64,000 nucleotides of DNA from a virus (IMGVR_UViG_3300021255_005861:64001-128000), one strand, 5' to 3'; counted from the stretch's first letter, positions 50,064-58,514 are shown. Numbers and translations are program-made. Notes: generated by a model from the sequence alone, not told the origin.

Positions 50064-50137
50064 CGGCGTGTGGCGCAACTGGATAGCGCAGCGGACCTTT
50101 AATCCGCGGGGTCTAGGTTCAAGTCCTGGTACGCCGA
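50064..50137 (+). tRNA. tRNA-Lys(UUU) with C33
   Basis: Full cloverleaf; GCGGA-CCTTTAA-TCCGC. Confidence 0.88.
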
Positions 50138-50142
50138 CTCTT

Positions 50143-50215
50143 GGGACGGTAGCTCAGTTGGTAGAGCGCCTGCCTTGCAAGCAGGGGGTTGTCGGTTCGA
50201 TCCCGACCCGCTCCA
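50143..50215 (+). tRNA. tRNA-Ala(UGC)
   Basis: Cloverleaf with G3:U70; CCTGC-CTTGCAA-GCAGG. Confidence 0.92.
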
Positions 50216-50244
50216 TACAATATTTTAGGAATGTTAGCATCGTG

Positions 50245-51625
50245 GTCAACTACTCACCGCCTAAAGGCGGTGAGCTTGTAATGCCCCAGATGTTTCCATA
50301 GGGGACTTACAGTACGATCGGGTGGTTGACTCACACCCTGCCCTCCAGGTTTGCAATGCTCCATCAAGGGGCATCTTGAACGAGAAGGGATGTTTGCTCT
50401 TCCGAGCGATGTTGATTGCCGCATTCCAATCCGAATCAAGGATGGTACCGTTCTTGCAATAGAACCTTCGGTTCTTGCGAGTACCTTCCTTTTTGCCAGT
50501 GGTGCAGTCAATCTGGCTTGTCATGAATGGGGAAACTGTTTCTACCCGCTTGCCCGCGAGTAGTGCCTTGTATGACAGGATTTGTTTTAACTTATAGAAC
50601 GGCACCTGGGAAATCCTACGGTTGTGGCCCTTCCTCTTCTTGCCGTCCTTGGTCTTTGAAGTTTTCTGCTTTATTTTTGACAGGTCTTCGAGCACGATGA
50701 TGCTTGCGTCGGTACTGTGTATGATGGCGTTCGCTACTCGGCAGCACATGTCATCGGACTGCCGTTGCTCCTTCTTGCATAGCTTGTGCCTATGCCTGTG
50801 TGCACTCTTCGTGCCCTTCTTCTGTAGACTACTCTTCAAGTAACGAATCTTTCTGCGTCTAGCGTTATATTCCTTGTCGTTGAGCATCAACCCGTCAGAA
50901 GTTATCACAAAACGGCGCTCGCCCAGGTCAACGCCTATGCAAGTTTCGTCCTTCAAAGGTACTTCCGGAACCTCAAACGACAGTGCGAGGAAGAACCTAT
51001 CATCATGCTTAAATATCAGCGGATCATGCACGGGATACTTTCCGAACATCTCTTCCAGCTTCGGGTACTTGACTATATCGGCATCTACCCGCTTTCCTGG
51101 ATTGGCCGAGCATAATGAAATCGAAGATAAACTTAACCTGGAATACAGACGCTTGTCAAGACGCATCGAAAGGTTCTTCTTCGTAGGCACCTTGTGCTCG
51201 ACATGACCGTTGCTGTTGATTGAACGGAACGCCGATATGCAATCCTTGTATATCTTGATTATTCCCTGCGACGGTATCGTCGGAAACTTCTTGCGTAATT
51301 CGTAGTACACTGCGTTGTGTACAGACTGCAAGTCCAGGTGTACCTTACGGGTGGTTATGATGTTAGCACATTCGTTGTACGCAAGTCGAGATACTTCAAG
51401 AAGACTCGTCCAGTATTCCTGGCCGGCAATATCCTTGAATTTTAGCTCGGCATTGTATGTTATTGTACTCATCTATACTTCACCCGTGTTCACCTATAAG
51501 TTTAGATAATTTCAGTTACAAAAACAAGCAATTTCCGCATTATAACAAAATAAAGCGTTCCCAAAATGTTCTCGCAAGCATTCCTATGCCGCCCTAAAGG
51601 GACGGCATCTTCCTGCCAACTTTTT
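50245..51625 (-). mobile_element. IS200/IS605-family (IS1341-type) tnpB-only element
   Basis: Subterminal hairpins with TTTA loops at both ends; right end ...GTAGTTGAC; TTCAC immediately 5' of the left end. Confidence 0.85.
50261..51472 (-). CDS. tnpB: TnpB nuclease
   Basis: IGVDLG, VLEDL, SP..TSQ, DSDWNAA. Confidence 0.92.
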   Translation of the reverse strand: MSTITYNAELKFKDIAGQEYWTSLLEVSRLAYNECANIITTRKVHLDLQSVHNAVYYELRKKFPTIPSQGIIKIYKDCISAFRSINSNGHVEHKVPTKKNLSMRLDKRLYSRLSLSSISLCSANPGKRVDADIVKYPKLEEMFGKYPVHDPLIFKHDDRFFLALSFEVPEVPLKDETCIGVDLGERRFVITSDGLMLNDKEYNARRRKIRYLKSSLQKKGTKSAHRHRHKLCKKEQRQSDDMCCRVANAIIHSTDASIIVLEDLSKIKQKTSKTKDGKKRKGHNRRISQVPFYKLKQILSYKALLAGKRVETVSPFMTSQIDCTTGKKEGTRKNRRFYCKNGTILDSDWNAAINIARKSKHPFSFKMPLDGALQTWRAGCESTTRSYCKSPMETSGALQAHRL

Positions 51626-51691
51626 GTGAACTGCACATATCTCCATGGTATGTGTGAGGCGGGTCCGACTCCCGCACTTTCCCCGAAACAT

Positions 51692-51764
51692 TGGATAGTA
51701 GCTCAATGGTAGAGCGTCCCGCTGTTAACGGGAGGGTTGTAGGTTCGAGTCCCTTCTTCTCCGC
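51692..51764 (+). tRNA. tRNA-Asn(GUU), imperfect stems
   Basis: GCTC-AATGGTA-GAGC, TCCCG-CTGTTAA-CGGGA; mismatched T and acceptor stems. Confidence 0.7.
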
Positions 51765-51769
51765 TAGAT

Positions 51770-51843
51770 GCGGCTATAGCACAGCCTGGTCAGTGTGCCG
51801 GTTTGCCATATCGGAGACTCGGGTTCAAGTCCGGTCGTCCGCT
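51770..51843 (+). tRNA. tRNA-Gly(GCC), imperfect stems
   Basis: GCGG/CCGC acceptor, CCGGT-TTGCCAT-ATCGG, GGTTCAAGTCC. Confidence 0.7.
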
Positions 51844-52062
51844 CTATTTGAGTTGCTTTATGGAGAGGTCCTCACCCCAGATATCCGTGACGCTCGCCCC
51901 GTAGACGCGGACGAACTTCCTGCCGTCGTAGGCCTTCATCCATTGCCACGAGCGGGCGTCGGGAATCGTAAGTGTGTAGCAGTTGTCCCCGCGGCAGACC
52001 TCGAAGGACAGGGCAGATGCGGTGACGGCAAGCAGTAGGACGGACAGTGCGATGGCTTTCAT
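51844..52062 (-). CDS. Small secreted protein
   Basis: RBS AGGAG; signal peptide MKAIALSVLLLAVTASA. Confidence 0.7.
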   Translation of the reverse strand: MKAIALSVLLLAVTASALSFEVCRGDNCYTLTIPDARSWQWMKAYDGRKFVRVYGASVTDIWGEDLSIKQLK

Positions 52063-52299
52063 AGGGAAACTCCTTGTACTCTAAATATATATTTTTCTTA
52101 CATTTTAAAAATCTATTGACTGCGTTTTGTGCATAATCTATATTGGAAGAACTACAGAGGTTATTATGCTGAAGATACACGTGAACGAGCAGAAGATTGA
52201 AGATGTGGCTGGACGACAAGTCAGCATCGGATCCCCGCAGTACCAACAGGGAGGCCTGCAATCTTGAGTGGCGCAGGCTCCACGGATAAGGATTTAGAA

Positions 52300-53502
52300 A
52301 TGATTGAAATTCAAGGAAAATACAATACCGCCAAGGTATATACCGACAATATCGAGGAGGCAGCCTATAAGCAAATCCTCAACTTGATGAACCAGAAGTT
52401 CGCCGAGGGTTCACATTTCGCCATTATGCCCGACTGCCATGCCGGGGTCGGCTGCGTCATCGGGCTTACCATGAAAATCGTAGACCGTGTCGTACCGAAC
52501 CTGGTCGGTGTGGATATCGGGTGTTCTATGCTCGTGCTCAAGGTAGACAAGTCCTTCCACTTCGACCTTCCGAAAGTGGACAAGGTGTGGCACCAGTGCA
52601 TCCCGTCGGGAATGAACCATAATGTAAAGAAGCACCGGTTTGCCGACCGCGTAAACCTCGAGGACATGATAGCCCCGGTGAACGTGGACAAGCTGAAATT
52701 GTCCATTGGGACTCTCGGTGGGGGTAACCACTTCGGCGAAATCAACGAGGACGACGAGGGCAACCACTATATCGTAATCCACTCCGGGTCGCGCCACCTC
52801 GGTATCGAGGTGTGCCGGTACTACCAGGACTTGGCAATCAAGTACCACCGCAATGACCGCACGGCAATGCAGGATGCCATCAAGCGCCTGAAGCAGGCTG
52901 GTCGCGAGTATGAGATCGAGGACACCCTGCAACGTATGAGCGCGGAGCGTACACCTGTACCGAACGAACTCGCTTACCTGGAAGGTGCACTTATGCAGGA
53001 CTACCTTCACGACATGCGGATAGCGCAGGATTTTGCTATGTGGAACCGCGAGGCGATGATGGACGTCCTTGTGTCCGAACTGGGAATCAAGAAGCGTCAT
53101 ATCCAGGACAAGTTCTGTACGATGCACAACTACATAGATTTGGATAACATGGTTCTCCGCAAGGGCGCCATATCCCTGCAAAAGGACGAGGTCGCCCTAA
53201 TCCCTATGAATATGCGGGACGGCTCTCTAATCGTCAAGGGAAAGGGTAACCCGGAGTGGAACTGCTCGGGTCCGCACGGGGCTGGGCGACTCATGTCCCG
53301 CTCGAAGGCGAAGGAATCGTTGAAAATGGAGGACTTCAAGGCTGCCATGTCCGGCATCTACACTACTTGCGTGAGCTCCTCCACTATAGACGAGTCCCCG
53401 ATGGCCTACAAGCCGATGGACGAGATAGTGGCGAACATCCAGGACACCGCCGAGGTTATCAAGGTCATCAAGCCTATCTACAACTTCAAGGCCTCCGAAT
53501 GA
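52300..53502 (+). CDS. rtcB: RNA-splicing/repair ligase RtcB
   Basis: MPDCHAG, VGVDIGC, GTLGGGNHF, IHSGSR, HNY, RKGA, HGAGR, DESP.AYK. Confidence 0.96.
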   Translation: MIEIQGKYNTAKVYTDNIEEAAYKQILNLMNQKFAEGSHFAIMPDCHAGVGCVIGLTMKIVDRVVPNLVGVDIGCSMLVLKVDKSFHFDLPKVDKVWHQCIPSGMNHNVKKHRFADRVNLEDMIAPVNVDKLKLSIGTLGGGNHFGEINEDDEGNHYIVIHSGSRHLGIEVCRYYQDLAIKYHRNDRTAMQDAIKRLKQAGREYEIEDTLQRMSAERTPVPNELAYLEGALMQDYLHDMRIAQDFAMWNREAMMDVLVSELGIKKRHIQDKFCTMHNYIDLDNMVLRKGAISLQKDEVALIPMNMRDGSLIVKGKGNPEWNCSGPHGAGRLMSRSKAKESLKMEDFKAAMSGIYTTCVSSSTIDESPMAYKPMDEIVANIQDTAEVIKVIKPIYNFKASE

Positions 53503-53680
53503 GATACGCACAACAGTACAGGTTCAAGGACTGGACGAACGAGCAGGTACAGCTCGTGCTCCAGGACAAGATACCGGAAGGAAAGACATACAACCAGTGC
53601 TACTACTTCAGCAACCGCTACCTGCATCGCCCGTTCACGCCCGCCCGCAAGAAGCAGCACGCACGTATAATCGAGATGGG

Positions 53681-55298
53681 ACGGCAACTGATAACCGTAT
53701 TTCTACCAACAATTACCATTTTTAGGCATTTTCTATATAAAATTTTCTTCAAAAATTTCTTGTTTTTGTATAAAAATAAATGTAGATTATTATAAACTTG
53801 ATAATGTATGCGAGTATGTGAGAGTCCCCGCATAACACTAGAACGGACTTTTGAATGCCCGATGGATGCCGACTCTCACAATAGGTGATCATCGGGCATT
53901 TGCTATATGGACTATGGAACAGCACTGCGGAAGGAAGATATGCTTGAAGCCGAGCAAGGCACAAATACCGATTCTATATCGGATGTGTGCCGTTTCCCGT
54001 CGTGCTTATAATTGGAAACTCGCAGAACAGAACAAGGTTTACGAGTTGGCTAAAGCCAATACGCCCGAAGGCGAGAAGGTTAAGTGCAAGTTCGGTTCTC
54101 CTATTGATTGGCACAGGGAATGGTGCATACACAAGAAACTCCCCGAAAACAAGTGGATGACCGAAGTCTCCAAGTTCTGCGGTCAGGAAGCCTTGATAGA
54201 CTTGGGTGCTGCGTGGAAGCGGTTCTTCAAGGGTCAAGCCAAGCATCCACGTTTCCACAAGTATAACCGGGATAACTCGTTTAGGTGCAGCGGTGGCGTG
54301 TTCATCGGTCGTGATTTCGTGCAACTTCCGACACTTGGAAAAGTTCGCCTGCAAGAGAAGGATTACATCAAGATACCGAAGGACAGCGAGAAGATACCGC
54401 TTGCGATGGCTACCGTATCGGTGGACGCAAGCGGGAAGTGGTTCGTGTCGTTCGCCTACGTGACGGATATTATACCTATACACGAAGTAGTGTCTAGCAT
54501 AGCCACTGACGATATTGTAGGCATAGACTTCGGTATTAAAGACTTGGCTATCACTAGCGAGGGTATCGTGTATGCGAATCCCAAGGGATATGCCCGTGCA
54601 AAGGCTAGACTTCGGAGATACCAAAGGGCTTTGAGTAGGAAGAAGAAATGCTCAAAGAACAAGAACAAGTGCCGTAAGCGTATAGCCCGTCTGTATAGGC
54701 GTATAACTAACGTCCGCATAGATACGGCACATCAGTTTACTAGCGATGTCGTTTACAAGTCCAAACCGAAAATGGTAGTCATTGAGGACTTGAAGCCACA
54801 GAATATGGCGAAGAACCACAAGTTAGCATCTGCCATCCTGGATGCCAATTTCGGGCGTATGCGGACATACCTTGAATACAAGTGCAGATGGAATAACATA
54901 AACTTGGCTGTTGCACCGAGATTTTACGCTAGTAGTCAGTATTGCTCGCACTGCGGACAATACAAGAACGAAGATTTGAAACTGAATGACAGAGAGTGGG
55001 TATGCCCCGTATGCGGGCATAAACACGACCGAGATTACAATGCAGCCAGGAACTTGCAGTTCTATGGCTTGTGGCTCACTGGACTCGTGAGAACACAAAA
55101 TAGTTGCGGTGAGAACACCGTCAAAGCCTGCCCCCACGGAAACACAGGATGTGTTTCTTATCGGGAAGGTATGACCTATGTCAGCCCTAGAGATATGAGG
55201 TTGCAGTTCTTGGAATCCCAAGAGCAGTGCATATCGCTGAAGCAGGAAATCACTAATACATATTTAATTGGTAGAAATGTGTAGAAATGATTTATCGG
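53681..55298 (+). mobile_element. Non-autonomous IS607-like tnpB-only element, copy B
   Basis: Ends and protein homologous to copy A. Confidence 0.8.
53914..55284 (+). CDS. tnpB: TnpB nuclease
   Basis: VGIDFG, VIEDL, zinc finger, DRDYNAA. Confidence 0.92.
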   Translation: MEQHCGRKICLKPSKAQIPILYRMCAVSRRAYNWKLAEQNKVYELAKANTPEGEKVKCKFGSPIDWHREWCIHKKLPENKWMTEVSKFCGQEALIDLGAAWKRFFKGQAKHPRFHKYNRDNSFRCSGGVFIGRDFVQLPTLGKVRLQEKDYIKIPKDSEKIPLAMATVSVDASGKWFVSFAYVTDIIPIHEVVSSIATDDIVGIDFGIKDLAITSEGIVYANPKGYARAKARLRRYQRALSRKKKCSKNKNKCRKRIARLYRRITNVRIDTAHQFTSDVVYKSKPKMVVIEDLKPQNMAKNHKLASAILDANFGRMRTYLEYKCRWNNINLAVAPRFYASSQYCSHCGQYKNEDLKLNDREWVCPVCGHKHDRDYNAARNLQFYGLWLTGLVRTQNSCGENTVKACPHGNTGCVSYREGMTYVSPRDMRLQFLESQEQCISLKQEITNTYLIGRNV

Positions 55299-55415
55299 GG
55301 AACAGATAGAGGATATGCTCAACCAGCTCCTCTCCTACGCGGAGATAGCCGAGCGGTTCAACCTATCCAAGCAGAGAATCTATAGCATTATGCAACGATA
55401 CAAGGAATTAAAGAG

Positions 55416-55895
55416 ATGATAAAAATCAAGGTACACGAGAAGCACATTACCCTGGAGGACGTGGACGATGCGTTCAAGTCCCAGGCGTACAACCTCATGG
55501 AGAACTGGTGCCTCGTACGGGTATCCGAGCTGGACGATGCCTTCTCCTACGAGCACAACCACTGGATCGACGAACTCTATGCTGCCCTGTTTAACTGCTT
55601 GAAGGTAATATTGAACATACCTCACTCCCAGAGGGCCTTGCTCAAGCGGATAGACAAGGGGCTGAATCTGCCCATCATCACCGACCCGGACAAGTCACGG
55701 AACCTTATTGAGACCAAGTTCCTCGTGAAGGAGCATATTCCCGAGGACGTGTTCAACCAGGTGCTCGCGGAGTGGTACACGGACGGCAAGGCCGAGCTCC
55801 GCAAGGTGCTGACCTCCGAGCAGAGCCTCGTGTCCTACATCCGGGCCAAGCAGGCTACGGCGCCCGCAAAGAAAACAAGAAAGAGACGCAAGTGA
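55416..55895 (+). CDS. DUF29-like helical protein with tag MIKIKVHE
   Basis: LMENWCL..NHWIDEL pattern. Confidence 0.55.
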   Translation: MIKIKVHEKHITLEDVDDAFKSQAYNLMENWCLVRVSELDDAFSYEHNHWIDELYAALFNCLKVILNIPHSQRALLKRIDKGLNLPIITDPDKSRNLIETKFLVKEHIPEDVFNQVLAEWYTDGKAELRKVLTSEQSLVSYIRAKQATAPAKKTRKRRK

Positions 55896-55902
55896 GGATT
55901 TT

Positions 55903-56532
55903 ATGCGACACTTCAAGGATCTGCCCCAGTCTACGGGGCATTCTATGACTTATGCCGGTATCGGCAACCGCGACCTCGACGGGGTGCGGGAAAGCAACAC
56001 CCACGAGCCCGTACAGAACGTGATGGCGTGGATAGCCGGAGAACTAGAGAAACTCGGCTACACGTTGAACAGCGGTGGTGCGAAGGGCGCGGACCTTTCC
56101 TTCGAGAGTGGCGTAAAGTCCCGCGGTCACAAGAACGTGTTCTATGCCGCCGATGCAACCGAGGAAACCCGCGCCATAGCGCAGGAACTGCACCCGAGGC
56201 ACGGGAACCTTTCCGGCATCGCCCTCGACCTGTTCGCCCGCAACACGAACCAGGTGTTCGGCCTGAACCTGGATACGACCGTGGACTTCGTGGTGTGCTA
56301 TACCCGCGACGGGTGCGAAACTGCGAGGGAACGTACACGTGATACGGGTGGCACGGGGCAGGCGATAGAGATGGCCGACCGCAAGGGGGCCCCCGTGTTC
56401 AACATGAAGAAGAAGGACTGGCTCGACAGGCTTAACGCCTTCCTCAAGTCGCACGGGGTAACGGACAAGGACATTGAGTTCCCGAAGGGGAAGCTCCCGT
56501 CGGTTCCCGCACGCTTCCTCTGGCACAGGTAA
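55903..56532 (+). CDS. SLOG-superfamily (DprA/Smf-like) nucleotide-binding protein
   Basis: YAGIGNR, SGGAKGAD..FE, ARN..QV.G, GGTGQA. Confidence 0.8.
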   Translation: MRHFKDLPQSTGHSMTYAGIGNRDLDGVRESNTHEPVQNVMAWIAGELEKLGYTLNSGGAKGADLSFESGVKSRGHKNVFYAADATEETRAIAQELHPRHGNLSGIALDLFARNTNQVFGLNLDTTVDFVVCYTRDGCETARERTRDTGGTGQAIEMADRKGAPVFNMKKKDWLDRLNAFLKSHGVTDKDIEFPKGKLPSVPARFLWHR

Positions 56533-56535
56533 CCC

Positions 56536-57468
56536 ATGACCGATTGGAAACGGCTATTCGAGGACCTCGGCGTTCCCTGCTTCGATAGCGGGAAGAACGT
56601 GTCCCCCGGTAACATCAACATCCAGTGCCCCTTCTGCTCCGATTCATCGGATCATCTGGGATTCTCCATAGAGAAGGGTAACTGCCACTGTTGGCGTTGC
56701 AAGGCGGGCGCTCCCGCCAAGGCTGTGTCCCTCGCGGCCCACATACCCCTGGAGAAGGCGAAGGACTTGATACGCAAGTATACCACGGGCGACATGTCCG
56801 TGCTGGGCATAACGCAACGAAAGCGGGCACGGGCCAGCGAGATAACCATGCCTGGGACGGCGCTGGGAGCACCCCACCGAAAGTACCTGGAGGGACGCAA
56901 CTTCGACCCGGACGAACTCGTGTTCTACCACGGGATAAAGGGGACGGACTTCTCGGGGATGTGGAACGGGATAGACTTCCGCTACCGCATAATGATACCC
57001 GTGTACGACGGCGACGGCAGGCTCTGCACCTTCCAGGGTCGCGACTATACCGGAAAGTCCGACCTCCGCTATAAGTGCTGCCCCGTGGAGAAGGCGATAG
57101 TCCACCACAAGCACCTGCTATATGGTGCGGAGATGGCGCAAGGCCTCAAGCGTATCGTGGTGGTGGAGGGCGTGTTCGACCAGTGGCGGATGGGGCAGGG
57201 GTGCGTGGCCACCTTCGGTACCTCGCTCACGAGGGAGCAGGTAAACCTGCTTACCAACTGGAAGGAGGTGATATTCCTGTTCGATCCCGAGCCCGAGGCC
57301 CAGCAACACGCAAGGGACTACGCGCAAGACATAGCGGCCTGCGGGTGCTCCGTGGAGATATGCGCCGCCGAGTTCGGCAACGACAAGGACGGCAATCCGA
57401 TAGACCCTGGCGACCTCTCCCCCGAGAGGGCACGGGACATAATGAGAGATTTTGGTTTCAAAAGATAG
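56536..57468 (+). CDS. DNA primase (zinc-binding domain + TOPRIM)
   Basis: CPFC..H...CWRC, YL..R, RIMIP, FQGR, VEGVFD. Confidence 0.88.
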   Translation: MTDWKRLFEDLGVPCFDSGKNVSPGNINIQCPFCSDSSDHLGFSIEKGNCHCWRCKAGAPAKAVSLAAHIPLEKAKDLIRKYTTGDMSVLGITQRKRARASEITMPGTALGAPHRKYLEGRNFDPDELVFYHGIKGTDFSGMWNGIDFRYRIMIPVYDGDGRLCTFQGRDYTGKSDLRYKCCPVEKAIVHHKHLLYGAEMAQGLKRIVVVEGVFDQWRMGQGCVATFGTSLTREQVNLLTNWKEVIFLFDPEPEAQQHARDYAQDIAACGCSVEICAAEFGNDKDGNPIDPGDLSPERARDIMRDFGFKR

Positions 57469-57476
57469 GAGTTACT

Positions 57477-58514
57477 ATGGGCTTTGATTTCAGCATGGGC
57501 GCCTCAGACCACGTGTCGGTCGGCAGGGACGCCCTCAAGAGATTTATCGGCGTGGCACGCAAGGTGGTGCCCCAGCGCAACATCATGGAGATACTCAAGA
57601 CGGTGCACGTGCAGTGCTTCGGCACTATCGGGTATCTCTCCGTTACGGACAGCTACAACTTCCTTACGCTCCCCGTAAAGGGTAGCGGCGGCTTCGACGT
57701 GTGCGTGGACTTCAAGGGGTTCTGCGACCTCGTGGCCGGATCCACATCGGACGAGGTGACCCTGGAGTACTCGGACGGGGAACTGCGTATGACCGTGTTT
57801 GGCACCACGCAGGGCAGCATATCCACCATACCCGGCGAGGACTTCCCCCCGAACCTCTGCAGGAAGGACTTGGGTAGCGGATATGCGATATCCAGGGAAC
57901 TCGGGAGCACGCTCTCCCGCCTTACCTCGCTCTGCGTGGACGACGGGAGATTCCCGGCCCTTTCCCATATCCTCGTGACGGCCAAGGACTCCGTGGGGTT
58001 CCGTTGTGGCGGTGCCTTCCTGATGGGCACGGCGTGGGAGGTATCCCGCGAGGACAACTTCGTTCTCCCGAACGTGGCGGCATCCATGCTCAAGGACGGG
58101 GGTACGCTCTATAGGAACGGGGGAGACTTCAGCATATCCGCCAACGGGATGACCATCGGCGGAAAGACGGTATCCTCCCCGTACCCGTTTCCGAACCTGC
58201 CGAACTACGTGAACGGCGTGGACGTGGACGTGCAGGGGCTGTCGTCTCTGCTCAAGGCGCTCCCCGTGGACTGCGACCGGGCGCTCCTACACCTTTCCCC
58301 GATGACGCTGGACGCCGAGGGCGAGATTACTCCCGAGGAGGCGGTTATGGACAACGGACCCGTATGGCTATCCCGCGACCTGCTCGGCAAGGTGCTGGAA
58401 CTCGTATCCGCCTACCCCTCGGTCAACGTATGCACCGCGGGCGCGACCAGGGCTACGATGTGGACGGCGGGGAACCTGTCGTTCGTCCTTATGCCAATGC
58501 ACCCGAAGAAGTAA
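57477..58514 (+). CDS. DNA polymerase III beta-clamp-like protein (divergent)
   Basis: VVPQRNIMEILKTV, EDFP, RFPALSHI, C-terminal VLMPM. Confidence 0.7.
   Translation: MGFDFSMGASDHVSVGRDALKRFIGVARKVVPQRNIMEILKTVHVQCFGTIGYLSVTDSYNFLTLPVKGSGGFDVCVDFKGFCDLVAGSTSDEVTLEYSDGELRMTVFGTTQGSISTIPGEDFPPNLCRKDLGSGYAISRELGSTLSRLTSLCVDDGRFPALSHILVTAKDSVGFRCGGAFLMGTAWEVSREDNFVLPNVAASMLKDGGTLYRNGGDFSISANGMTIGGKTVSSPYPFPNLPNYVNGVDVDVQGLSSLLKALPVDCDRALLHLSPMTLDAEGEITPEEAVMDNGPVWLSRDLLGKVLELVSAYPSVNVCTAGATRATMWTAGNLSFVLMPMHPKK

Larger units (their letters stand above)
50228..51683 (+). pseudogene. tRNA (Trp CCA-like, degenerate) split by a tnpB element: 50228-50244 plus 51626-51683
   Basis: Rejoined: GGAATGT..GCA-TCGTGGTGAAC-TGC..CATAT-CTCCATG-GTATG..GCGGG-TCCGACT-CCCGC-ACTTTCC. 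Confidence 0.7.
53499..55419 (+). pseudogene. HTH DNA-binding protein gene interrupted by a tnpB element
   Basis: ...ARIIEMG joins EQIEDML..SYAEIAERFNLSKQRIYSI (HTH). Confidence 0.7.
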
